Source: Myxococcota bacterium (GTDB lineage Bacteria; Myxococcota_C; UBA6777). Taken from it: a stretch of DNA of 56,645 bases. The DNA lies in contig JAKLKB010000029.1 of NCBI GenBank assembly GCA_023150835.1, forward strand, positions 1 to 56,645. Reading direction: 5' to 3'. The notes under the pieces were generated by a model. It saw only the letters and a program-made list of their open reading frames with translations. It did no database searches and had not been told where the DNA came from. The translations under genes and the position numbers were made by a program. Positions 38,163-48,168 of this stretch are shown here, in pieces; position 1 is the stretch's first letter; every line of letters starts with the position of its first letter.

Positions 38163-41100
38163 ATGCGAGACTGGTTTGTGCGTATGTCGTTGTGGTTGGG
38201 AGTTTTGGGACTCGGTGGTGGGGTGTCTTGTGTGGGCGAAGTGGGGCGAGCCTGTCAGGAGGAAGCCGATTGCAAAAATAGCGCTCCTGCCGTGTATTGC
38301 CGTCTTCGTACAGGAGACACCCACAAGACATGCCAGACAACGCTCTGTCAGCCGGGGGCATCAGAAACCTGCTCAGCATCAGGTCGTTCAAATTACCCAT
38401 GCCAACAAGGTTTCCGCTTTTGCAATGACTTTGGGGTTTGGTCATCGTGCCTTGGCGAGATCGGCCCACAAGTGGAGATCTGTGATCTGCAAGACAACGA
38501 TTGCGATGGCCTCGTCGACAACGTACAAGGCGGAACTTGCACATGCAGCACCCCCGGCACCAAGCGGCCTTGTTATAGTGGGCGGATCGCTGCGGGCCAA
38601 CAACAACCCACCCCGCCCTGTCAAGCAGGCGTACAATACTGCGAAGTGGTCGGAGAGGGCGTGTTTGTGTGGGGAAGCTGCCTTGGTCAAGTCCTCCCAC
38701 AGCCCGAAGGATGCGATGGAATCGATAACGATTGCGATGGAAAGATCGACGATCACGCCTCTTGCAAAGCCTGCAAACCCGATTGCAGCGGCGCTCAACG
38801 ATGCGTAGATGGAACCTGCCGCGCCGATTGCCCTTCCCCGTTCATTCGGTGCGGTGAGATCTGCGTCCAGCCAAATGATGACACCAAACATTGCGGTAAA
38901 TGCGACAAAGCCTGTTCACTAGGGAGCCTCTGCCAAGGGGGAGCCTGCGTCTGCCCGATGGGTCGCAAAACCTGCGATGGAGAATGTGTCGATACAACAC
39001 AAGACAACAAACATTGCGGAAAGTGCGGGAAAGCCTGCGCGCAAAACCAGATCTGCGAAAGCGGCCTCTGTCGATGCCCAGCCAACCTCACTCCATGCGG
39101 CGAAGAATGTGTCGATATCACCCAATCTTCGGCTCATTGTGGAGCCTGTGGCGCGTCATGCCCCCAAGGCCAGCCCTGCCAACAAGGGAAATGTGTCACA
39201 GAGGCCTGCTCCGCACTTCGAATGCTGTGCAATGGAACCTGCATCGACCCACAAACAAGCAACCAACATTGCGGTGGTTGTGGAAAAACCTGCGCAACAG
39301 GCCAGAACTGCACCAACGGGCGATGCGGTGGGTGTTCTGCGGGTCTTAGTGATTGTGCGGGGGATTGCGTCGATACAAAAAGCAGCCCACAACATTGTGG
39401 CTCCTGCAAAACTGTTTGTGCGCCTTCTTCGCTGTGCAAGGATGGTGTCTGTGTTGCAGCGGCGGTCACGACCCTTGCAGGAATCCCTCCCTATCTCGAT
39501 GGATCGGGCATCTCAGCGCGTTTCCACCAACCCCGACGGCTGCTCTTTTCTCCCAAAGGGGATTTGATCGTTAGCGATCACGAAAACCACCGCATCCGCA
39601 AAGTAGACAGCGTCGGCAAAGTGACAACGCTCGCAGGTTCGGGGATCGCAGGAGCAAAAGATGGCTCTGCTTTGTCTGCGCAGTTCAAATTCCCCGATGG
39701 TATGGCATACGACGACCAAGGCAACCTCTACATCGCAGACTCAGGAAACCATGTCGTCCGAAAAATCGACGCGCTCGGGAACGTAAGCCGATTTGCGGGA
39801 ACGGGAACATCGGGGCGAAACAACGGATCACCAAGCCAAGCACAATTTTCTCAACCGTCAGGGATCGTCTTTGATGGCGCAACGAAAACATTTTATGTCG
39901 CAGAACGCGGCAACCACACCATCCGCAAGATCGACTTAGCAGGGGCGGTCTCCACGCTCACAGGCACAGGAAGCGCTGGAAACACCGACGGTGGGCCAAC
40001 TGTCGCTCAATTCAACCAACCCACGGGCCTTGTTGTGGTGGGTAGCTCGTTGTACGTCGTCGATAGCGAAAACCACCGCATCCGCCACGTCACTCTTTCA
40101 AACGGCTCCACCAGCACACTCGTGGGTACTGCCGGTAAGGGGGCGTCGGATGGGGCGGTTACATCGGCCCAATTCAACAAACCTTTCGAGATCGTCGCAG
40201 CGGGTCCGCTGTTTTACATCACCGATCAAGGCAACCATGTATTCCGCATCTTTCAGGGATCTTTGGTGACTACGCATTCCACGAAGATCTTTGATCCACA
40301 AGGCATCGCCTCCAACGACAAGGGACTCTACATCGCCTCCCAAAGCAAAAACCTGATCCACCACATCTCCCCGTCAGGTGGAGCCGACCAACCCTTCGTA
40401 GGTTCCGAGCTTCACGGATACACCGATGGTTCGGCACTTTCGGCGCGATTCAATCAGCCCTACGCCATCGCGCTCGCACGCAACGGCGATATCCACATCG
40501 CGGATCGTGGCAACCACGTGATCCGCCGCATCAACGCAAGCAACATCGTCAGCACCATCGCAGGCACCCCCAAACAAGCAGGCTCCAATGATGGCCTCGC
40601 GTCTTCAGCCAAGTTCTCGGCACCTTCGGGGCTTGCGTTTGATGTCTCGGGAAACCTCTACATCGCCGACACCGACAACCACTGCATCCGAAAGCTCGAT
40701 AGCACAAACAATATCTCCACACAGGCAGGAAAATGTGGCTCGATGGGCTTTGGCAATGGATCTGGAGCACAAGTGCTCTTTAACCGTCCACACGGTATCG
40801 CCACCGACAGCAAAGGAAACATCTTTGTGGCCGACAGCGACAACTACCGCATCCGAAAGATCGAGCCCAGCGGGGTGGTCTCTACTGTCGCGGGTGACGG
40901 GTACAGCGGATACCAAGATGGACCGCCCGATCAAGCCCGATTCTACGAACCTTTGGGGATCGCGGTCGACAAAAGCGGCGTGATCTTTGTCGCGGATACA
41001 AGAAACCACCGCATCCGAAAGCTCGACCCCCAAACCGGTGTCACGACATACGCAGGAAGCGGAGACAAAGGCCATCAAGACGGAACCCCCTTACAAGCCC

Positions 41101-41354
41101 GCTTTTCTCGGCCTCACAGCCTTGTGATCGATCCACAAGGCAACCTCTGGGTGGTCGACACCGACAACCATTGCATCCGAAAGATCGCTCCAACGGGCCA
41201 AGTCTCTACGATAGCCGGGCGCCCCACCCTCGGCTTTTATGACGGTCGCCCCGAAGATGCCCACTTTCATCACCCAAGCGGCATCGCCATCAACGCACAA
41301 GGCGGACTGGTGATCGCAGACACGGAAAACCACATCCTTCGCTTGTTGCAATAG
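38163..41354 (+). CDS. Cys-rich / NHL-repeat (SMP-30-like beta-propeller) lipoprotein
   Basis: Lipobox GVSC; two DNDCDG motifs; five CV/ID...HCGxCxxxC repeats; about 11 NHL repeats (FNxPxGIAxD..GNLYIADxxNHxIRKI). Confidence 0.9.
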   Translation: MRDWFVRMSLWLGVLGLGGGVSCVGEVGRACQEEADCKNSAPAVYCRLRTGDTHKTCQTTLCQPGASETCSASGRSNYPCQQGFRFCNDFGVWSSCLGEIGPQVEICDLQDNDCDGLVDNVQGGTCTCSTPGTKRPCYSGRIAAGQQQPTPPCQAGVQYCEVVGEGVFVWGSCLGQVLPQPEGCDGIDNDCDGKIDDHASCKACKPDCSGAQRCVDGTCRADCPSPFIRCGEICVQPNDDTKHCGKCDKACSLGSLCQGGACVCPMGRKTCDGECVDTTQDNKHCGKCGKACAQNQICESGLCRCPANLTPCGEECVDITQSSAHCGACGASCPQGQPCQQGKCVTEACSALRMLCNGTCIDPQTSNQHCGGCGKTCATGQNCTNGRCGGCSAGLSDCAGDCVDTKSSPQHCGSCKTVCAPSSLCKDGVCVAAAVTTLAGIPPYLDGSGISARFHQPRRLLFSPKGDLIVSDHENHRIRKVDSVGKVTTLAGSGIAGAKDGSALSAQFKFPDGMAYDDQGNLYIADSGNHVVRKIDALGNVSRFAGTGTSGRNNGSPSQAQFSQPSGIVFDGATKTFYVAERGNHTIRKIDLAGAVSTLTGTGSAGNTDGGPTVAQFNQPTGLVVVGSSLYVVDSENHRIRHVTLSNGSTSTLVGTAGKGASDGAVTSAQFNKPFEIVAAGPLFYITDQGNHVFRIFQGSLVTTHSTKIFDPQGIASNDKGLYIASQSKNLIHHISPSGGADQPFVGSELHGYTDGSALSARFNQPYAIALARNGDIHIADRGNHVIRRINASNIVSTIAGTPKQAGSNDGLASSAKFSAPSGLAFDVSGNLYIADTDNHCIRKLDSTNNISTQAGKCGSMGFGNGSGAQVLFNRPHGIATDSKGNIFVADSDNYRIRKIEPSGVVSTVAGDGYSGYQDGPPDQARFYEPLGIAVDKSGVIFVADTRNHRIRKLDPQTGVTTYAGSGDKGHQDGTPLQARFSRPHSLVIDPQGNLWVVDTDNHCIRKIAPTGQVSTIAGRPTLGFYDGRPEDAHFHHPSGIAINAQGGLVIADTENHILRLLQ

Positions 41355-41439
41355 GCCCGACTTGACGATGCACACAGACTGCGCCACAATGGGCGTTTTG
41401 CTGCGAGTCGGTTTCGAGAGCATGGAGGAGGATCGTCGC

Positions 41440-42246
41440 ATGGAGCGCTGGCGTGAATGGATCGTTTGTGGGTTGTGTGGGCTGTTGTTGTTGTGGGGGG
41501 TGCCTTTTGTGGGTTGTGTGGTGCCGCTTGCGGAGTCCCCTCCCCAAGAGACCGCAACGGACGGCCTCTCCGAACCGACCGCAGAAGTCGACGCCAGCGA
41601 TCCAGAAGAGTATACCTCCCCTGAACCCCAACTGATCGAAAAGATCCCTCCGCCTCCCCCTGTCAGCGACGGCATCAAGGCAACCATCGTACACGTCACC
41701 GACGGCGATACGATCTACGTCCGCACAGGGATCGGCGGCCGATACGAACGCATCCGACTCAAGGGCATCAACGCCCCCGAATGCCACAAAGCCTTCAACG
41801 GCACCTTCCAATACTGCGACAAAGACGACGAAGCCTACGGACTCGAAGCCTACAAGTTTGTCAAAGATTACGTCGAAAAACACGGTGACAAGGTAACGAT
41901 CACTTGTGTAATGAGCGGCGACACCTGCGAGCAAGACGGTTTCGACCGTTACTTGGCGACTTTGCGCTTTGAGGATGGAAAAGATCTCGCCGAAGAAACC
42001 TTGCGCGGTGGGGCTGGATGGACCTATACGAGTTTTTCTTTTGCGCGAACCGCCGAATATTGCCGCGCCGAAGCCGATGCGATCAAGGCCAAACGCGGGA
42101 TGTGGCTCAACGGTCGGGCTGCGGTCCGCACCGGCATGAGTACTTCAACGCAAAGCTGGTATTACAACCAAACGAAGAGCCGTTCGCACGATGGGATCTG
42201 CTCACAAGCCCTTGGAGAATCATTCGCAACACTTGCAGGAGAGTGA
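41440..42246 (+). CDS. thermonuclease (SNase-like) lipoprotein
   Basis: Lipobox FVGC; VTDGDTI, RIRLKGINAPE, DGFDRYLA, AEADA...RGMW. Confidence 0.88.
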   Translation: MERWREWIVCGLCGLLLLWGVPFVGCVVPLAESPPQETATDGLSEPTAEVDASDPEEYTSPEPQLIEKIPPPPPVSDGIKATIVHVTDGDTIYVRTGIGGRYERIRLKGINAPECHKAFNGTFQYCDKDDEAYGLEAYKFVKDYVEKHGDKVTITCVMSGDTCEQDGFDRYLATLRFEDGKDLAEETLRGGAGWTYTSFSFARTAEYCRAEADAIKAKRGMWLNGRAAVRTGMSTSTQSWYYNQTKSRSHDGICSQALGESFATLAGE

Positions 42247-42286
42247 TCTTCCCGTAGGGATCGGACTCAGCGCAAAGGAGATCAAG

Positions 42287-43105
42287 ATGCGAGGGGATAT
42301 CTTGTGGTTGGCGCTCGAAGAAACCACGTCGACCAACGCGATCGTGCGAGAAGAAGTGATGGCAGGCCGCGCCAAAGAAGCGGTCTGTTGGGCCAAGCGG
42401 CAAACGCAAGGACGAGGCCGATTGGGGCGGATCTGGCAATCTCCCGAAGGAGGGCTGTATTTCTCTTGGGCTGTTCCTGTGGGTGGATGGCCGCCTGTGT
42501 GGTTGCAGCCGTTGGCAGGTTTGGCGGTGTTGGATGTTTGGCGCGAACACAGCGGCCCTGCGCAGGCATGGGCGCAACCAGCCGCCGAAGTCGGCCTCAA
42601 ATGGCCCAACGATATCATCGTGCGTGTGCGCGGAGCGGAGCGCTCTCAGGAGCGAAAGCTCGGTGGGATCTTATCAGAGTACCTCACGCAGAGCATCGGA
42701 GGCCCCCATGCCATCGTGGGAATCGGCCTAAACCTCAACACCGAGATCCATCTTCCCGAAGAAGACACCGCGAAACGCGCTTTGCCTCCGATATCATGGA
42801 AACAGATCACAGGAAAAGACCACTCTCCCGAAGAGATCGCGCAAGCCCTTTATGAAGCCTTGCGTCGCCGCCTCGATGCGATGGGGGCTTCAGGAGAACA
42901 CGCAAGCGCGACCTTGCGAGAGGCATGGGCAGCGGCTTGTTGGACATTGGGCTCCGAAGTACGTGTCTTGCGCCCAGATGGCGGGCAGATCGAGGGCTGC
43001 GCCGTCGATCTCGCAGAGGATTTGTCTCTCGTGATCGAAGACACACACGGCCAACGACACACCCTCACTGCGGGCGATTGCCTTCACCTACGCCCCACCT
43101 CCTAA
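42287..43105 (+). CDS. birA: biotin--protein ligase (no HTH domain)
   Basis: TTSTN, QTQGRGRLGRIWQSP, LKWPND, KLGGIL, GIGLN. Confidence 0.93.
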   Translation: MRGDILWLALEETTSTNAIVREEVMAGRAKEAVCWAKRQTQGRGRLGRIWQSPEGGLYFSWAVPVGGWPPVWLQPLAGLAVLDVWREHSGPAQAWAQPAAEVGLKWPNDIIVRVRGAERSQERKLGGILSEYLTQSIGGPHAIVGIGLNLNTEIHLPEEDTAKRALPPISWKQITGKDHSPEEIAQALYEALRRRLDAMGASGEHASATLREAWAAACWTLGSEVRVLRPDGGQIEGCAVDLAEDLSLVIEDTHGQRHTLTAGDCLHLRPTS

Positions 43106-43224
43106 AACCTCGCCTACGGATGGGTCTAATCGTCCCATCACTTCGGGCGATGGCCTTCACCTACGCACCCACCGCGAAACGCCGCCCCACCACGATATCC
43201 GCCCACCCAACCGCACCCATCCTG

Positions 43225-44202
43225 CTAAAACAGACCACCAAAGACGACGGCAACAAGGGGGACACCATCCAACGACGCTGCGCGAAAGCGGTGTTTGACG
43301 TACCAGTTGAGGACAAAGAACAGGTTGGGTTTTTTGAAGGCCCCCCAGTTGGGCGCGAGCGTCCAGCGAACCGCAGGCCCCACCCGCCAGATCTCTTCGC
43401 CGCTTTGAAAGGCTTTCATATAGTTGGTGTACGCCACAAACAAAAACATATTCCACTGATAACCGAGCAAAGCGTTGACGGTCAAAACATCGTCGTCTTT
43501 GTTCATAATCAAGTCGAGACCGCCTTCATAGAAGGTTTTGTACAGGCTGTCTTTGTTGTATTGGGAGATCCACTTTTCATAGCGAGCGTTCACAAGGGCC
43601 GTCACACCTTTGAGTTGAAATTGGAAAGTCGCGTCGGCACTGATGATGTGGCTGTGAGGAAGCACGCGACCGCCCTCTTTGTCGGCGATTTCTTTGATCC
43701 GATCACGCATCTTCTGTTCGCCGCTCAAGTGGCCGGTTGTACCACCAAACACCTCGTCCACTTTTTTGACATCCTCGAACACAACGCCACTAAAGAAGGT
43801 TGGCAATTGGAAGCGGTAGCGATACATCCCGCGCACGCTAAAGATGCTCAAGGGTTGGAGATGGACAAATGCGCCAAAGTCCATCCACGCAGGAGTCATC
43901 GCCGAAGTCGCCCCAAGAAGGATGTAATTGTCTTGAAGGATGGCGCTTTGGCTCTCAAAAAGACGCCAACGATAGCCCACATCGCCAAGGGCCCGAACCC
44001 CCAAAAGGTTGTATGAAACAGTCAAGCCCAAGTTCGCGTAAAAGCCCGTAATCTGGTCTTTTTGGAGGATACGTTGGGGGTTGACTTGGGCGTGGGACAA
44101 CGAAGGAAGCACACAGCAACAGACCGCAAGGAGGCAAGCGAGAAGCAAAGCATGGCGTTGAGAGCGATGTTGTCGAGCAGGCAGGTTCGCACGCGTGGGC
44201 AT
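43225..44202 (-). CDS. exported hypothetical protein, probable outer-membrane beta-barrel
   Basis: AAGGAGG RBS; signal peptide ending SHA; alternating aromatic/hydrophobic strands; C-terminal Phe. Confidence 0.65.
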   Translation of the reverse strand: MPTRANLPARQHRSQRHALLLACLLAVCCCVLPSLSHAQVNPQRILQKDQITGFYANLGLTVSYNLLGVRALGDVGYRWRLFESQSAILQDNYILLGATSAMTPAWMDFGAFVHLQPLSIFSVRGMYRYRFQLPTFFSGVVFEDVKKVDEVFGGTTGHLSGEQKMRDRIKEIADKEGGRVLPHSHIISADATFQFQLKGVTALVNARYEKWISQYNKDSLYKTFYEGGLDLIMNKDDDVLTVNALLGYQWNMFLFVAYTNYMKAFQSGEEIWRVGPAVRWTLAPNWGAFKKPNLFFVLNWYVKHRFRAASLDGVPLVAVVFGGLF

Positions 44203-44531
44203 AGAGCCTCCTTGGTGAAAGGTTCTTGGTTGTAGCGAGACATCCGAGGATCGCGAAAGCCTCGGATTCTTGTTCTGTTCAGCGTACGGGTACGGCCCCC
44301 GCACCGAAACTCGCGAAAGCATCGGATACAACAGGGATATGTTGACATCCTCGCACAGAGGCGTGCCAAAAAGGCCGATGTATTGGCTTTAAAATGTGAG
44401 CATGATCCGAAAGAAACAGATACAACAAACGCTAACATAAGCGCCAATCGCTTGTCAACAAAGTCGAGTCACCAAGCAGGAAATGTGAGCGAGGAGAGGA
44501 GTGCAAGGAGAGGTGGGCAAGAAACACAAGG

Positions 44532-46796
44532 CTAAAGGAAATACAAAAACAAGAGCGTCGCACCACCACCGATCAAGACGAGAAGCAACGCGCCAAGCAA
44601 CAAAGCGAGAAAGGAAGGGCCGCTTTTTTCATCGCTGCTTTTGAGGGCCATCGGTCCGACATTTTTGCGCCGAAGCATCGAACTCGTTGGGGCGGGTTGG
44701 GGAGGTGTTTGTTTTCCAGCGAAATGCTGTTCAGGGGCGCGTTGAATGCCCGACGAAGGGCTTTGTTCTGCATGGAAGTGCGCAGGGGGGGGGGGCGTGC
44801 GCGGGGCCGAAGAAGCAGGCTTGGGTGTACGGCGCAAACCGCTCGTGGCTTGGGCATCAAGGAAGCCATACGAAGGGGTGAGCGGAGTCGAAGAATGCGC
44901 GTAAGAGCCGGGCGTATCGTTGAGATCGAGGATCGGGAGAGGAGATTCGGGGGCTTGGAAAGCGAGCAGATCGTTGCTGGAATCGGTGGAACTCAGGAGA
45001 GGACTTTGGACGGGGGGAGATTCATAAAGCGAGACGAGCAGATTGGAAGTACTGGGTGTATGCCCAAGCCCGACATCATCGGTCTCTGCGGCAAGCAGGG
45101 GGTTTGCTTTGACGGGAGCGCTTTTGTCGTGGTGGATCATCCGCCCGACGATCACGGGAGCGTCTTCGTCGTCTTCGTCGTCTTTGTTGTCTTTGTTGTT
45201 GCGTGCGTGGGGTGAAGACACCAAGAGCGGACGATGGGGGTCTTCGGCGCGCTTAAAGAGATCGAGGCAGTTCGAGAGTTCGTGCCAAAACATATCCATC
45301 GAAGGGGGGCGCTTTTGGGGATCTTTTGCTAACGCACGCGCCACGAGACTTTCGAGCTCTTGGGGATAAGCGAGATCCGAGCGCACTTGAGCCAGCTTCG
45401 GCGGCTCGGCGTACACATGGCGCAACATAATCTGATAAGCGCTGCTGCCCTCAAACGGAGGCTGGCCTGTCAAGCACTCAAAAAGGATGACGCCCAACGA
45501 ATAGATATCGGAACGATGGTCGGTGTTGCCTTCGCCGGCTTGTTCGGGCGACATATAGCGCGGCGTCCCGATGGTCATGCCTGTTCGTGTCAGGCGTTGA
45601 TCTTCGTCGCTTGCGACCATCTTGGCCACCCCAAAGTCAAGGATCTTGAGGCGTTGTTGGAGGACATCCCCCGAGGGGTTTTCCATCAAGAAAAGGTTAT
45701 CGGGCTTGAGGTCGCGGTGAAAAATACCCCGAGAGTGCGCAAAGCCCATCCCATCGCAAACTTGGCGAAAGATCGTTTGGAGAAAATGGATATTGAGGCG
45801 TTCGGGTTCAAACTCGAAGACGTCTTCAAGGCTCTGTCCGCGCAAGAACTCCATCGCAATAAAAAAGCCCACCCCGTCCTCAAACCCAAAGTCATGCACA
45901 TACACAATGTTGGGGTGGCGAAGTTGATTTTGGGCTTGGGCTTCGCGATGGAAACGCCGTACCACACGCTCGTTCGAGTTGAGATGCGAGCGCAGGATCT
46001 TGACGGCGGCTTCGCGCTGCGTGTCGATGTCGACCGCTTGGTATACCAAACCCATCCCGCCCTCTCCGAGCTTTCGATCAAGGCGAAAGTGGCTGACGTT
46101 CTTGTGCAACAGAGGATCGGCTTGGGCCAGATCCATCGGCGAGCCGCAATAAGAGCACGCTTCTTTTTCAACGGGTTCTTGGTGCCCGCAAGCCGGGCAG
46201 GGGCGAAGTTGTAGCTTGGGCGGAGCGATATTGTACGCAGACTCCGAATGAAATTTGTTGGGAGGATGATCGTTTTCATCCTCCAGTTCGGTAAATTCGA
46301 GACTACCTGTCTTCTCGGCAGATGCGTTGTTTTGCTCGTTACGAAAATGGATCTGGAGGGTATTGACGATCGAAGAAGGTGTCGCAACCCCAATCGAAAG
46401 GTTGTCGATCTGCGCGTACAGCTTGATGGCTTCGATGGTTTGGTGATCGAGGGGGTTGGGCAAAAGGATGTGAAGGACTTCGTGGTCTTGGTCGAATCTC
46501 CACGGAAGAAACGAGTGTTCGAGCAACAAAAAGGGCGGAAATTGTTGGAGCAGCCCGGTGTCTAGCTGGAGATGGAGGATATCTTCTTCGGTCCAAAACC
46601 GCAAGCCGAGCTGCCGAGCAATTGCGCGGTAGAGGTCTTGTTCGGAAACAGGACATAGGCCCATCAAGATCTCTAAGAGGTGTCCTCCCTGTCTTTCACG
46701 GGTACGGAGCGCAGCTTGCCAGTCGTGGCGTTGGATCAAGCCGTCTGCGATCAGGAGTTGCCCAAATTGAAGAGAGTCACTCATGTAAAGAGCCAT
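44532..46796 (-). CDS. Hanks-type Ser/Thr kinase with N-terminal MshEN/T2SSE_N-like domain, Zn ribbon and C-terminal TM anchor
   Basis: FGQLLIADGLI...LLEILMG...IARQLG; CPAC..CSYC; GEGGMG, AVK, HRDLKPDN, DFG, GTPRYMSPEQ; hydrophobic C-terminus. Confidence 0.9.
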   Translation of the reverse strand: MALYMSDSLQFGQLLIADGLIQRHDWQAALRTRERQGGHLLEILMGLCPVSEQDLYRAIARQLGLRFWTEEDILHLQLDTGLLQQFPPFLLLEHSFLPWRFDQDHEVLHILLPNPLDHQTIEAIKLYAQIDNLSIGVATPSSIVNTLQIHFRNEQNNASAEKTGSLEFTELEDENDHPPNKFHSESAYNIAPPKLQLRPCPACGHQEPVEKEACSYCGSPMDLAQADPLLHKNVSHFRLDRKLGEGGMGLVYQAVDIDTQREAAVKILRSHLNSNERVVRRFHREAQAQNQLRHPNIVYVHDFGFEDGVGFFIAMEFLRGQSLEDVFEFEPERLNIHFLQTIFRQVCDGMGFAHSRGIFHRDLKPDNLFLMENPSGDVLQQRLKILDFGVAKMVASDEDQRLTRTGMTIGTPRYMSPEQAGEGNTDHRSDIYSLGVILFECLTGQPPFEGSSAYQIMLRHVYAEPPKLAQVRSDLAYPQELESLVARALAKDPQKRPPSMDMFWHELSNCLDLFKRAEDPHRPLLVSSPHARNNKDNKDDEDDEDAPVIVGRMIHHDKSAPVKANPLLAAETDDVGLGHTPSTSNLLVSLYESPPVQSPLLSSTDSSNDLLAFQAPESPLPILDLNDTPGSYAHSSTPLTPSYGFLDAQATSGLRRTPKPASSAPRTPPPPAHFHAEQSPSSGIQRAPEQHFAGKQTPPQPAPTSSMLRRKNVGPMALKSSDEKSGPSFLALLLGALLLVLIGGGATLLFLYFL

Positions 46797-47103
46797 CCGT
46801 TAGAGGAAACTGGAAGAACCACGCAGAGTGTGGCTGTTGACGGGTTTCAAACCAAGCAACACCAAGACTTGGATGCTTTATACATCCAACGGCGTTTTGC
46901 CCCAACACAAAATTGTTGCAAGCATAACGGAGGTCCGTAGTGCGGTCAAGCCCACATCAAGCAAGCGTCGTGGATTGACACAGCGGGTTGTCGGGTATAG
47001 AAGAGCCAGAACAAACGCCGTGGAACGATCGACCACCACAGTCGCACACCAAAACAACAGCCTCCACGGCAGACAAAAACCAACACACAAGGAGACAACG
47101 GGT

Positions 47104-48063
47104 TTGTGGGTGCTTTCGGGATATCGAGAAGCAGCGAAACAGCGAGCGCCATCGGTGGTCGCCATCGGAAATTTTGACGGTGTTCATCGCGGGCATCAGG
47201 CGATAATCGGGCGTTTGGTCGAGCGCGCACGCACCTTGGACTGTCGGGCGCTGGTTTACACATTTCGCCCACACCCAATGCACGTGTTGTTTCCGCAACG
47301 AGCCCCCCTCTTGTTGACCACCTACCCACAAAAAGCCTCACTCCTTCGACAACTCGGCGTAGACGGTGTCGTCGAAGAACCCTTCACCTCTACCTATGCC
47401 TCTTACAGCCCAGAACAATTCGTCCAACAAGTACTCATCGATGCTTTGCAGACCCGCGAGGTCTGGATCGGCCCCGACTTCACCTTTGGACGTGGTGGTT
47501 CCGCCACCCCCGAAGAGATGCGACGACTGGGCGAACCTTTTTTCATGGATGTCTGTGTCGTCGAAGCCCAATACATCGAGGGCATCCGAGCCTCCAGCAC
47601 CCGAGTCCGCGAAGCCTGCACACAAGGAGATATGCCCCGTTCCGCTTCCTTGTTGGGCCGATTGTTCGAGTTGAGTGGCTTGGTTGTACACGGCGACGCA
47701 CGCGGTCGCACCCTTGGGTTTCCAACCGCCAACCTCGAACCTTGGCAAGGAATACGCCTCGCAAGTGGCGTCTACGCTTGTTGGGCGTCTTGGGGACTCG
47801 GATGGCACAAAGCCGCTGTCCATGTCGGACTACGCCCCACCTTTTCAGACGACGCATGGCGCGTCGAAGCCCATCTCCTTGATGTCGAAGCCGATCTATA
47901 CGCAAAACCCTTGGCCTTGGCCTTTGTCGAAAGGCTACGCGCACAGCAAGATTTCGCAGGCGTGGACGCTTTGATCGCCCAAATCAAACAAGATATCCAA
48001 AACACCCGCACATTGCTCTCCCCAATGACGGCCCCTTCGCAGGCCCCTTGGTTGGGGGGATGA
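47104..48063 (+). CDS. ribF: bifunctional riboflavin kinase / FAD synthetase
   Basis: GNFDGVHRGH, TFRPHP, DFTFG, SSTRVR, GRTLGFPTAN, RPTF, EAHLL; TTG start after AAGGAG. Confidence 0.96.
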   Translation: MWVLSGYREAAKQRAPSVVAIGNFDGVHRGHQAIIGRLVERARTLDCRALVYTFRPHPMHVLFPQRAPLLLTTYPQKASLLRQLGVDGVVEEPFTSTYASYSPEQFVQQVLIDALQTREVWIGPDFTFGRGGSATPEEMRRLGEPFFMDVCVVEAQYIEGIRASSTRVREACTQGDMPRSASLLGRLFELSGLVVHGDARGRTLGFPTANLEPWQGIRLASGVYACWASWGLGWHKAAVHVGLRPTFSDDAWRVEAHLLDVEADLYAKPLALAFVERLRAQQDFAGVDALIAQIKQDIQNTRTLLSPMTAPSQAPWLGG

Positions 48064-48168
48064 GATCCTTCTTGCGTCTACAGCACAGAATCGTCTAGCA
48101 TAAACCACCCAACGCGACGCACCATACGACGAACCCTCTGGTACGTCCCCAAAAAGGAGACCCCCCGC

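Noticed and set aside
46800..47100. FMN riboswitch upstream of ribF
   Set aside because: The conserved AGGGC.GGGTGAAATTCCC.ACCGGCGGT core is absent.
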